From NCBI RefSeq assembly GCF_009914755.1, contig NC_060925.1: DNA of 64,000 bases; one strand, 5' to 3'. Numbering within the stretch: the stretch's first letter is position 1; each line of letters begins with the position of its first letter. The stretch comes from the human T2T-CHM13v2.0 reference genome, Homo sapiens. The position numbers were made by a program, and so were the translations under genes. The notes under the pieces were generated by a model. That model had not been told where the DNA came from. It did no database searches and worked only from the letters and a program-made list of their open reading frames with translations. Shown in pieces: positions 43,474 to 58,100 of the stretch.

Positions 43474-46400
43474 ATGGAATCGTCATCGAATGAATTGAAT
43501 GCAATCATCGAATGGTCTCGAATGTAATCACATTCTAATGGAAAGGAATGGAATCATCGCATAGAATCGAATGGAATTAACATTGAATGGACTCGAATGG
43601 AATCAACATCAAATGGAATCAAGCGGAATTATCGAATGAAATCGAAGAGAATCATCGAATGGACTCGAATGGAATCATCTAATGGAATGGAATGGAATAA
43701 TCCACGGACTCGAATGCAATCATCATCGTATAGAATCGAATGGAATCATCGAATGGACTCGAATGGAATAACCATTGAACGGAATCGAATGGAATCATCA
43801 TCGGATGGAAACGAATGGAATCATCATCGAATGGAAATGAAAGGAGTCATCATCTAATGGAATTGCATGGAATCATCATAAAATGGAATCGAATGGAATC
43901 ATCATCAAATGGAATCAAATGGAAGCATTGAACGGAATTGAATGGAATCGTCATCGAATGAATTGAATGCAATCATCGAATGGTCTCGAATGGAATCATT
44001 TTCAAATGGAATGGAATGCAATCATCGCATAGAATCGAATGGAATTATCATCGAATGGAATCGAATGGTATCAACATCAAACGGAAAAAAACGGAATTAT
44101 CGAATGGAATCAAAGAGAATCTTCGAATGGACCCGAATGGAATCATCTAATGGAATGGAATGGAATAATCCATGGACTCGAATGCAATCATCATCGAATG
44201 GAATCGAATGGAATCATCGAATGGACTCGAATGGAATAATCATTGAACGGAATCGAATGGAATCATCATCGGATGGAAATGAAAGGAGTCATCATCTAAT
44301 GGAATTGCATGGAATCATCATAAAATGGAATCGAATGGAATCAACATCAAATGGAATCAAATGGAATCATTGAACGGAATTGAATGGAATCGTCATCGAA
44401 TGAATTGAATGCAATCATCGAATGGTCTCGAATGGAATCATCTTCAAATGGAATGGAATGGAATCATCGCATAGAATCGAATGGAATTATCATCGAATGG
44501 AATCGAATGGAATCAACATCAAACGGAAAAAAACGGAATTATCGAATGGAATCGAAGAGAATCATCGAATGGACCCGAATGGAATCATCTAATGGAATGG
44601 AATGGAATAATCCATGGACTCGAATGCAATCATCATCGAATGGAATCGAATGGAATCATCGAATGGACTCGAATGGAATAATCATTGAACGGAATCGAAT
44701 GGAATCATCATCGGATGGAAACGAATGGAATCATCATCGAATGGAAGTGAAAGGAGTCATCATCTAATGGAATTGCATGGAATCATCATAAAATGGAATC
44801 GAATGGAATCAACATCAAATGGAATCAAATGGAATCATTGAACGGAATTGAATGGAATCGTCATCGAATGAATTGAATGCAATCATCGAATGGTCTCGAA
44901 TGGAATCATCTTCAAATGGAATGGAATGGAATCATCGCATAGAATCGAATGGAATTATCATCGAATGGAATCGAATGGAATCAACATCAAACGGAAAAAA
45001 ACGGAATTATCGAATGGAATCGAAGAGAATCATCGAATGGACCCGAATGGAATCATCTAATGGAATGGAATGGAATAATCCATGGACTCGAATGCAATCA
45101 TCATCGAATGGAATCGAATGGAATCATCGAATGGACTCGAATGGAATAATCATTGAACGGAATCGAATGGAATCGTCATCGGATGGAAATGAATGGAATC
45201 ATCATCGAATGGAATCGAATAGAATTATGGAATGAAATCCAGTGTGATCATCATCGAATGGACCCGAATGGAATCATCATCCAACGGAAGCTAATGGAAT
45301 CAACATCGAATGAATCGAATGGAAACACCATCGAATTGAAACGAATGGAATTATCATGAAATTGAAATGGATGGACCCATCATCGAATGGATTCGAATGG
45401 AATCATCGAATAAAATTGATTGAAATCATCATCGAATGGAATCGAATGGTGTCATTGAATGGGATCAAATGGAATCATCGTCAGATGGAAATGAATGGAA
45501 TCGTCATAGAATGGAATCGAATGGATTCATTGAATGGAATCAGATGGAATCATCGAATGGACTGGAATGGAATCATTGAATGGACTCGAATGGAATCATT
45601 ATTGAATGGAATTGAATGGAATCATCGAATGGTCTCGATTGGAATCATTATCAAATGGAATCGAATGGAATCACCGAATAGAATCGAATGGAACAATCAT
45701 CGAATTGACTCAAATGGAATTATCCTCAAATGGAATCGAATGGAATTATCGAATGCAATCGAATGGAATTATCGAATGCAATCGAATAGAATCATCGAAT
45801 GGACTCGAATGGAATCATCGAATGGAATGGAATGGAACAGTCAATGAACTCGAATGGAATCATCATTGAATGGAATCGAATGGAATCATCGAGTGGAATC
45901 GAATGGAATTATGATCAAATGGAATCGAATGTAATCCTCATCAAATGGAATCAAAAATAACGATCATCAATTGGTATTGAATGGAATTGTCATCAAATGG
46001 AATTGAAAGGAATCATCATCAAATGGAACCGAATGGAATCCTCATTAAATGGAAATGAAAGTGGTCATCATCTAATGGAATCGCATGGAATCATCATCAA
46101 ATGGAATCGAATGGAATCATCATGAAATGGAATCTAAGGGAATCATTGAACAGAATTGAATGGAATCGTCATCGAATGAATTGAATGCAATCATCGAATG
46201 GTCTCGAATGGAATCATCTTCAAATGGAAAGGAATGGAATCATCGCATAGAATCGAATGGAATTATCATCGAATGGAATCCAATGGTATCAACATCAAAC
46301 GGAAAAAAACGGAATTATGGAATGGAATCGAAGAGAATCTTCGAACGGACCCGAATGGAATCATCTAATGGAATGGAATGGAATAATCCATGGACTCGAA

Positions 46401-49400
46401 TGCAATCATCATCAAATGGAATCGAATGGAATCATCGAATGGACTCGAATGGAATAATCATTGAACGGAATCGAATGGAATCATCATCGGATGGAAACGA
46501 ATGGAATCATCATCGAATGGAAATGAAAGGAGTCATCATCTAATGGAATTGCATGGAATCATCATAAAATGGAATCGAATGGAATCAACATCAAATGGAA
46601 TCAAATGGAATCATTGAACGGAATTGAATGGAATCGTCATCGAATGAATTGAATGCAATCATCGAATGGTCTCGAATGGAATCATCTTCAAATGGAATGG
46701 AATGGAATCATCGCATAGAATCGAATGGAATTATCATCGAATGGAATGGAATGGAATCAACATCAAACGGAAAAAAACGGAATTATCGAATGGAATCGAA
46801 GAGAATCATCGAATGGACCCGAATGGAATCATCTAATGGAATGGAATGGAATAATCCATGGACTCGAATGCAATCATCATCGAATGGAATCGAATGGAAT
46901 CATCGAATGGACTCGAATGGAATAATCATTGAACGGAATCGAATGGAATCGTCATCGGATGGAAATGAATGGAATCATCATCGAATGGAATCGAATAGAA
47001 TTATGGAATGAAATCCAGTGTGATCATCATCGAATGGACCCGAATGGAATCATCATCCAACGGAAGCTAACGGAATCAACATCGAATGAATCGAATGGAA
47101 ACACCATCGAATTGAAACGAATGGAATTACCATGAAATTGAAATGGATGGACTCGTCATCGAATGGATTCGAATGGAATCATCGAATAAAATTGATTGAA
47201 ATCATCATCGAATTGTATCGAATGGTATCATTGAATGGAATCAAATGGAATCATCCTCAGATGGAAATGAATGGAATCGTCATAGAATGGAATCGAATGG
47301 ATTCATTGAATGGAATCAGATGGAATCATCGAATGGACTGGAATGGAATCATTGAATGGACTCGAAAGGGATCATTATTGAATGGAATTGAATGGAATCA
47401 TCGAATGGTCCCGATTGGAATCATTATCAAATGGAATCGAATGGAATCACCGAATAGAATCGAATGGAACAATCATCGAATGGACTCCAATGGAATTATC
47501 CTCAAATGGAATCGAATGGAATTATCGAATGCAATCGAATGGAATTATCGAATGCAATCGAATGGAATCATCGAATGGACTCGAATGGAATCATCGAATG
47601 GAATGGAATGGAACAGTCAATGAACTCGAATGGAATCATCATTGAATGGAATCGAATGGAATCATCGAGTGGAATCGAATGGAATTATGATCAAATGGAA
47701 TCGAATGTAATCATCATCAAATGGAATCAAAAATAACCATCATCAATTGGTTTTGAATGGAATTCTCATCAAATGGAATTCAAAGGAATCATCATCAAAT
47801 GGAACTGAATGGAATCCTCATTGAATGGAAATGAAAGGGGTCATCATCTAATGGAATCGCATGGAATCATCATCAAATGGAATCGAATGGAATCATCATC
47901 AAATGGAATCTGATGGAATCATTGAACAGAATTGAATGGAATCGTCATCGAATGAATTGAATGCAATCATCGAATGGTCTCGAATGTAATCACATTCTAA
48001 TGGAAAGGAATGGAATCATCGCATAGAATCGAATGGAATTAACATTGAATGGACTCGAATGGAATCAACATCAAACGGAATCAAGCGGAATTATCGAATG
48101 GAATCGAAGAGAATCATCGAATGGTCTCGAATGGAATCATCTTCTAATGGAAAGGAATGGAATCATCTCAGAATCGAATGGAATTAACATTGAATGGACT
48201 CGAATGGAATCAACATCAAATGCAATCAAGCGGAATTATCGAATGAAATCGAAGAGAATCATCGAATGGACTCGAATGGAATCATCCAATGGAATGGAAT
48301 GGAATAATCCACGGACACGAATGCAATCATCATCGTATAGAATCGAATGGAATCATCGAAAGGACTCGAATGGAATAACCATTGAACGGAATCGAATGGA
48401 ATCATCATCGGATGGAAACGAATGGAATCATCATCGAATGGAAATGAAAGGAGTCATCATCTAATGGAATTGCATGGAATCATCATCAAATGGAATCGAA
48501 TGGAATCATCATCAAATGGAATCAAATGGAATCATTGAACGGAATTGAATGGAATCGTCATCGAATGAATTGAATGCAATCATCGAATGGTCTCGAATGG
48601 AATCATCTTCAAATGGAATGGAATGGAATCATCGCATAGAATCTAATGGAATTATCATCGAATGGAATCGAATGGTATCAACATCAAACGGAAAAAAACG
48701 GAATTATCGAATGGAATCGAAGAGAATCTTCGAACGGGCCCGAATGGAATCATCTAATGGAATGGAATGGAATAATCCATGGACTCGAATGCAATCATCA
48801 TCGAATGGAATCGAATGGAATCATTGAATGGACTCGAATGGAATAATCATTGAACGGAATCGAATGGAATCATCATCGGATGGAAATGAATGCAATCATC
48901 ATCGAATGGAATCGAAAAGAATTATGGAATGAAATCCAGTGTGATCATCATCGAATGGACCCGAATGGAATCATCATCCAACGGAAGCTAATGGAATCAA
49001 CATCGAATGAATCGAATGGAAACACCATCGAATTGAAACGAATGGAATTATCATGAAATTGAAATGGATGGACTCATCATCGAATGGATTCGAATGGAAT
49101 CATCGAATAAAATTTATTGAAATCATCATCGAATGGAATCGAATGGTATCATTGAATGGAATCGAATGGAATCATCATCAGATGGAAATGAATGGAATCG
49201 TCATAGAATGGAATCGAATGGATTCATTGAATGGAATCAGATGGAATCATCGAATGGACTGGAATGGAATCATTGAATGGACTCGAAAGGGATCATTATT
49301 GAATGGAATTGAATGGAATCATCGAATGGTCTCGATTGGAATCATTATCAAATGGAATCGAATGGAATCACCGAATAGAATCGAATGGAACAATCATCGA

Positions 49401-52100
49401 ATGGACTCAAATGGAATTACCCTCAAATGGAATCGAATGGAATTATCGAATGCAATCGAATGGAATTATCGAATGCAATCGAATAGAATCATCGAATGGA
49501 CTCGAATGGAATCATCAAATGGAATGGAATGGAACAGTCAATGAACTCGAATGGAATCATCATTGAATGGAATCGAATGGAATCATCGAGTAGAACCGAA
49601 TGTAATCATCATCAAATGGAATCAAAAATAACCATCATCAAATGGAATCAAAAATAACCATCATCAATTGGTATTGAATGGAATTCTCATCAAATGGAAT
49701 TCAAAGGAATCACCATCAAATGGAACCGAATGGAATCCTCATTGAATGGAAATGAAAGGGGTCATCATCTAATGGAATCGCATGGAATCATCATCAAATG
49801 GAATCGAATGGAATCATCATCAAATCGAATCTAATGGAATCACTGAAAAGAATTGAATGGAATCGTCATCGAATGAATTGAATGCAATCATCGAATGGTC
49901 TCGAATGGAATCATCTTCTAATGGAAAGGAATGGAATCATCGCATAGAATCGAATGGAATTATCATCGAATGGAATCGAATGGTATCAACACCAAACGGA
50001 AAAAAACGGAATTATCGAATGGAATCGAAGACAATCTTCGAACGGACCCGAATGGAATCATCTAATGGAATGGAATGGAATAATCCATGGACTCGAATGC
50101 AATCATCATCGAATGGAATCGAATGGAATCATCGAATGGACTCGAATGGAATAATCATTGAACGGAATCGAATGGAATCATCATCGCATGGAAACGAATG
50201 GAATCATCATCGAATGGAAATGAAAGGAGTCATCATCTAATGGAATTGCATGGAATCATCATCAAATGGAATCGAATGGAATCAACATCAAATGGAATCA
50301 AATGGAATCATTGAACGGAATTGAATGGAATCGTCATCGAATGAATTGAATGCAATCATCGAATGGTCTCGAATGGAATCATCTTCAAATGGAATGGAAT
50401 GGAATCATCGCATAGAATCGAATGGAATTATCATCGAATGGAATCGAATGGAATCAACATCAAACGGAAAAAAACGGAATTATCGAATGGAATCGAAGAG
50501 AATCATCGAATGGACCCGAATGGAATCATCTAATGGTATGGAATGGAATAATCCATGGACTCGAATACAATCATCATCGAATGGAATCGAATGGAATCAT
50601 CGAATGGACTCGAATGGAATAATCATTGAACGGAATCGAATGGAATCATCATCGGATGGAAACGAATGGAATCATCATCGAATGGAAATGAAAGGAGTCA
50701 TCATCTAATGGAATTGCATGGAATCATCATAAAATGGAATCGAATGGAATCAACATCAAATGGAATCAAATGGAATCATTGAACGGAATTGAATGGAATC
50801 GTCATCGAATGAATTGAATGCAATCATCGAATGGTCTCGAATGGAATCATCTTCAAATGGAATGGAATGGAATCATCGCATAGAATCGAATGGAATTATC
50901 ATCGAATGTAATCGAATGGAATCAACATCAAACGGAAAAAAACGGAATTATCGAATGGAATCGAAGAGAATCATCGAATGGACCCGAATGGAATCATCTA
51001 ATGGAATGGAATGGAATAATCCATGGACTCAAATGCAATCATCATCGAATGGAATCGAATGGAATCATCGAATGGACTCGAATGGAATAATCATTGAACG
51101 GAATCGAATGGAATCATCATCGGATGGAAATGAATGGAATCATCATCGAATGGAATCGAATAGAATTATGGAATGAAATCCAGTGTGATCATCATCGAAT
51201 GGACCCGAATGGAATCATCATCCATCGGAAGCAAATGGAATCAACATCGAATGAATCGAATGGAAACACCATCGAATTGAAACGAATGGAATTATCATGA
51301 AATTGAAATGGATAGACTCATCATCGAATGGATTCGAATGGAATCATCGAATAAAATTGATTGAAATCATCATCAAATGGAATCGAATGGTATCATTGAA
51401 TGGAATCGAATGGAATCATCATCAGATGGAAATGAATGGAATCGTCATAGAATGGAATCGAATGGATTCATTGAATGGAATCAGATGGAATCATCGAATG
51501 GACTGGAATGGAATCATTGAATGGACTCGAAAGGGATCATGATTGAATGGAATTGAATGGAATCATCGAATGGTCTCGATTGGAATCATTATCAAATGGA
51601 ATCGAATGGAATCACCGAATAGAATCGAATGGAACAATCATCGAATGGACTCAAATGGAATTATCCTCCAATGGAATCGAATGGAATTATCGAATGCAAT
51701 CGAATGGAATTATCGAATGCAATCGAATAGAATCACCGAATGGACTCGAATGGAATCATCGAATGGAATGGAATGGAAAAGTCAATGAACACGAATGGAA
51801 TCATCACTGAATGGAATCGAATGGAATCATCGAGTGGAATCGAATGGAATTATGATCAAATGGAATCGAATGTAATCATCATCAAATGGAATCAAAAATA
51901 ACCATCATCAATTGGTATTGAATGGAATTGTTATCAAATGGAATTCAAAGAAATCATCATCAAATGGAACTGAATGGAATCCTCATTGAATGGAAATGAA
52001 AGGGGTCATCATCTAATGGAATAGCATGGAATAGTCATCAAATGGAATCGAATGAAATCATCATCAAATTGAATCTAATGGAAACATTGAACAGAATTGA
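43474..52100. repeat. 8,627-bp four-unit higher-order block (2686+1776+1921+2244)
   Basis: 43942/52569, 45356/53983, 46160/54787 and 47132/55759 are offset by 8,627. 48033/63366 is offset by 15,333 (=8,627+6,706). Shared markers include GGACCCATC, GGGATCAAA, CTAAGGG and GGAAGCATTG. Confidence 0.82.
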
Positions 52101-55100
52101 ATGGAATCGTCATCGAATGAATTGAATGCAATCATCGAATGGTCTCGAATGGAATCATCTTCTAATGGAAAGGAATGGAATCATCGCATAGAATCGAATG
52201 GAATTAACATTGAATGGACTCGAATGGAATCAACATCAAATGGAATCAAGCGGAATTATCGAATGAAATCGAAGAGAATCATCGAATGGACTCGAATGGA
52301 ATCATCTAATGGAATGGAATGGTATAATCCACGGACTCGAATGCAATCATCATCGTATAGAATCGAATGGAATCATCGAATGGACTCGAATGGAATAACC
52401 ATTGAACGGAATCGAATGGAATCATCATCGGATGGAAACGAATGGAATCATCATCGAATGGAAATCAAAGGAGTCATCATCTAATGGAATTGCATGGAAT
52501 CATCATAAAATGGAATCGAATGGAATCATCATCAAATGGAATCAAATGGAAGCATTGAACGGAATTGAATGGAATCGTCATCGAATGAATTGAATGCAAT
52601 CATCGAATGGTCTCGAATGGAATCATCTTCAAATGGAATGGAATGGAATCATCGCATAGAATCGAATGGAATTATCATCGAATGGAATCGAATGGTATCA
52701 ACATCAAACGGAAAAAAACGGAATTATCGAATGGAATCAAAGAGAATCTTCGAATGGACCCGAATGGAATCATCTAATGGAATGGAATGGAATAATCCAT
52801 GGACTCGAATGCAATCATCATCGAATGGAATCGAATGGAATCATCGAATGGACTCGAATGGAATAATCATTGAACGGAATCGAATGGAATCATCATCGGA
52901 TGGAAATGAAAGGAGTCATCATCTAATGGAATTGCATGGAATCATCATAAAATGGAATCGAATGGAATCAACATCAAATGGAATCAAATGGAATCATTGA
53001 ACGGAATTGAATGGAATCGTCATCGAATGAATTGAATGCAATCATCGAATGGTCTCGAATGGAATCATCTTCAAATGGAATGGAATGGAATCATCGCATA
53101 GAATCGAATGGAATTATCATCGAATGGAATCGAAAGAAATCAACATCAAACGGAAAAAAACGGAATTATCGAATGGAATCGAAGAGAATCATCGAATGGA
53201 CCCGAATGGAATCATCTAATGGAATGGAATGGAATAATCCATGGACTCGAATGCAATCATCATCGAATGGAATCGAATGGAATCATCGAATGGACTCGAA
53301 TGGAATAATCATTGAACGGAATCGAATGGAATCATCATCGGATGGAAACGAATGGAATCATCATCGCATGGAAATGAAAGGAGTCATCATCTAATGGAAT
53401 TGCATGGAATCATCATAAAATGGAATCGAATGGAATCAACATCAAATGGAATCAAATGGAATCATTGAACGGAATTGAATGGAACCGTCATCGAATGAAT
53501 TGAATGCAATCATCGAATGGTCTCGAATGGAATCATCTTCAAATGGAATGGAATGGAATCATCGCATAGAATCGAATGGAATTATCATCGAATGGAATCG
53601 AATGGAATCAACATCAAACGGAAAAAAACGGAATTATCGAATGGAATCGAAGAGAATCATCGAATGGACCCGAATGGAATCATCTAATGGAATGGAATGG
53701 AATAATCCATGGACTCGAATGGAATCATCATCGAATGGAATCGAATGGAATCATCGAATGGACTCGAATGGAATAATCATTGAACGGAATCGAATGGAAT
53801 CGTCATCGGATGGAAATGAATGGAATCATCATCGAATGGAATCGAATAGAATTATGGAATGAAATCCAGTGTGATCATCATCGAATGGACACGAATGGAA
53901 TCATCATCCAACGGAAGCTAATGGAATCAACATCGAATGAATCGAATGGAAACACCATCGAATTGAAACGAATGGAATTATCATGAAATTGAAATGGATG
54001 GACCCATCATCGAATGGATTCGAATGGAATCATCGAATAAAATTGATTGAAATCATCATCGAATGGAATCGAATGGTGTCATTGAATGGGATCAAATGGA
54101 ATCATCGTCAGATGGAAATGAATGGAATCGTCATAGAATGGAATCGAATGGATTCATTGAATGGAATCAGATGGAATCATCGAATGGACTGGAATGGAAT
54201 CATTGAATGGACTCGAATGGAATCATTATTGAATGGAATTGAATGGAATCATCGAATGGTCTCGATTGGAATCATTATCAAATGGAATCGAATGGAATCA
54301 CCGAATAGAATCGAATGGAACAATCATCGAATCGACTCAAATGGAATTATCCTCAAATGGAATCGAATGGAATTATCGAATGCAATCGAATGGAATTATC
54401 GAATGCAATCGAATAGAATCATCGAATGGACTCGAATGGAATCATCGAATGGAATGGAATGGAACAGTCTATGAACTCGAATGGAATCATCATTGAATGG
54501 AATCGAATGGAATCATCGAGTGGAATCGAATGGAATTATGATCAAATGGAATAGAATGTAATCCTCATCAAATGGAATCAAAAATAACGATCATCAATTG
54601 GTATTGAATGGTATTGTCATCAAATGGAATTGAAAGGAATCATCATCAAATGGAACCGAATGGAATCCTCATTAAATGGAAATGAAAGTGGTCATCATCT
54701 AATGGAATCGCATGGAATCATCATCAAATGGAATCGAATGGAATCATCATGAAATGGAATCTAAGGGAATCATTGAACAGAATTGAATGGAATCGTCATC
54801 GAATGAATTGAATGCAATCATCGAATGGTCTCGAATGGAATCATCTTCTAATGGAAAGGAATGGAATCATCGCATAGAATCGAATGGAATTATCATCGAA
54901 TGGAATCCAATGGTATCAACATCAAACGGAAAAAAACGGAATTATGGAATGGAATCGAAGAGAATCTTCGAACGGACCCGAATGGAATCATCTAATGGAA
55001 TGGAATGGAATAATCCATGGACTCGAATGCAATCATCATCAAATGGAATCGAATGGAATCATCGAATGGACTCGAATGGAATAATCATTGAACGGAATCG

Positions 55101-58100
55101 AATGGAATCATCATCGGATGGAAACGAATGGAATCATCATCGAATGGAAATGAAAGGAGTCATCATCTAATGGAATTGCATGGAATCATCATCAAATGGA
55201 ATCGAATGGAATCAACATCAAATGGAATCAAATGGAATCATTGAACGGAATTGAATGGAATCGTCATCGAATGAATTGAATGCAATCATCGAATGGTCTC
55301 GAATGGAATCATCTTCAAATGGAATGGAATGGAATCATCGCATAGAATCGAATGGAATTATCATCGAATGGAATGGAATGGAATCAACATCAAACGGAAA
55401 AAAACGGAATTATCGAATGGAATCGAAGAGAATCATCGAATGGACCCGAATGGAATCATCTAATGGAATGGAATGGAATAATCCATGGACTCGAATGCAA
55501 TCATCATCGAATGGAATCGAATGGAATCATCGAATGGACTCGAATGGAATAATCATTGAACGGAATCGAATGGAATCGTCATCGGATGGAAATGAATGGA
55601 ATCATCATCGAATGGAATCGAATAGAATTATGGAATGAAATCCAGTGTGATCATCATCGAATGGACCCGAATGGAATCATCATCCAACGGAAGCTAACGG
55701 AATCAACATCGAATGAATCGAATGGAAACACCATCGAATTGAAACGAATGGAATTACCATGAAATTGAAATGGATGGACTCGTCATCGAATGGATTCGAA
55801 TGGAATCATCGAATAAAATTGATTGAAATCATCATCGAATGGTATCGAATGGTATCATTGAATGGAATCGAATGGAATCATCCTCAGATGGAAATGAATG
55901 GAATCGTCATAGAATGGAATCGAATGGATTCATTGAATGGAATCAGATGGAATCATCGAATGGACTGGAATGGAATCATTGAATGGACTCGAAAGGGATC
56001 ATTATTGAATGGAATTGAATGGAATCATCGAATGGTCTCGATTGGAATCATTATCAAATGGAATCGAATGGAATCACCGAATAGAATCGAATGGAACAAT
56101 CATCGAATGGACTCAAATGGAATTACCCTCAAATGGAATCGAATGGAATTATCGAATGCAATCGAATGGAATTATCGAATGCAATCGAATAGAATCATCG
56201 AATGGACTCGAATGGAATCATCAAATGGAATGGAATGGAACAGTCAATGAACTCGAATGGAATCATCATTGAATGGAATCGAATGGAATCATCGAGTAGA
56301 ACCGAATGTAATCATCATCAAATGGAATCAAAAATAACCATCATCAAATGGAATCAAAAATAACCATCATCAATTGGTATTGAATGGAATTCTCATCAAA
56401 TGGAATTCAAAGGAATCACCATCAAATGGAACCGAATGGAATCCTCATTGAATGGAAATGAAAGGGGTCATCATCTAATGGAATCGCATGGAATCATCAT
56501 CAAATGGAATCGAATGGAATCATCATCAAATCGAATCTAATGGAATCACTGAAAAGAATTGAATGGAATCGTCATCGAATGAATTGAATGCAATCATCGA
56601 ATGGTCTCGAATGGAATCATCTTCTAATGGAAAGGAATGGAATCATCGCATAGAATCGAATGGAATTATCATCGAATGGAATCGAATGGTATCAACACCA
56701 AACGGAAAAAAACGGAATTATCGAATGGAATCGAAGACAATCTTCGAACGGACCCGAATGGAATCATCTAATGGAATGGAATGGAATAATCCATGGACTC
56801 GAATGCAATCATCATCGAATGGAATCGAATGGAATCATCGAATGGACTCGAATGGAATAATCATTGAACGGAATCGAATGGAATCATCATCGCATGGAAA
56901 CGAATGGAATCATCATCGAATGGAAATGAAAGGAGTCATCATCTAATGGAATTGCATGGAATCATCATCAAATGGAATCGAATGGAATCAACATCAAATG
57001 GAATCAAATGGAATCATTGAACGGAATTGAATGGAATCGTCATCGAATGAATTGAATGCAATCATCGAATGGTCTCGAATGGAATCATCTTCAAATGGAA
57101 TGGAATGGAATCATCGCATAGAATCGAATGGAATTATCATCGAATGGAATCGAATGGAATCAACATCAAACGGAAAAAAACGGAATTATCGAATGGAATC
57201 GAAGAGAATCATCGAATGGACCCGAATGGAATCATCTAATGGTATGGAATGGAATAATCCATGGACTCGAATACAATCATCATCGAATGGAATCGAATGG
57301 AATCATCGAATGGACTCGAATGGAATAATCATTGAACGGAATCGAATGGAATCATCATCGGATGGAAACGAATGGAATCATCATCGAATGGAAATGAAAG
57401 GAGTCATCATCTAATGGAATTGCATGGAATCATCATAAAATGGAATCGAATGGAATCAACATCAAATGGAATCAAATGGAATCATTGAACGGAATTGAAT
57501 GGAATCGTCATCGAATGAATTGAATGCAATCATCGAATGGTCTCGAATGGAATCATCTTCAAATGGAATGGAATGGAATCATCGCATAGAATCGAATGGA
57601 ATTATCATCGAATGTAATCGAATGGAATCAACATCAAACGGAAAAAAACGGAATTATCGAATGGAATCGAAGAGAATCATCGAATGGACCCGAATGGAAT
57701 CATCTAATGGAATGGAATGGAATAATCCATGGACTCAAATGCAATCATCATCGAATGGAATCGAATGGAATCATCGAATGGACTCGAATGGAATAATCAT
57801 TGAACGGAATCGAATGGAATCATCATCGGATGGAAATGAATGGAATCATCATCGAATGGAATCGAATAGAATTATGGAATGAAATCCAGTGTGATCATCA
57901 TCGAATGGACCCGAATGGAATCATCATCCATCGGAAGCAAATGGAATCAACATCGAATGAATCGAATGGAAACACCATCGAATTGAAACGAATGGAATTA
58001 TCATGAAATTGAAATGGATAGACTCATCATCGAATGGATTCGAATGGAATCATCGAATAAAATTGATTGAAATCATCATCAAATGGAATCGAATGGTATC

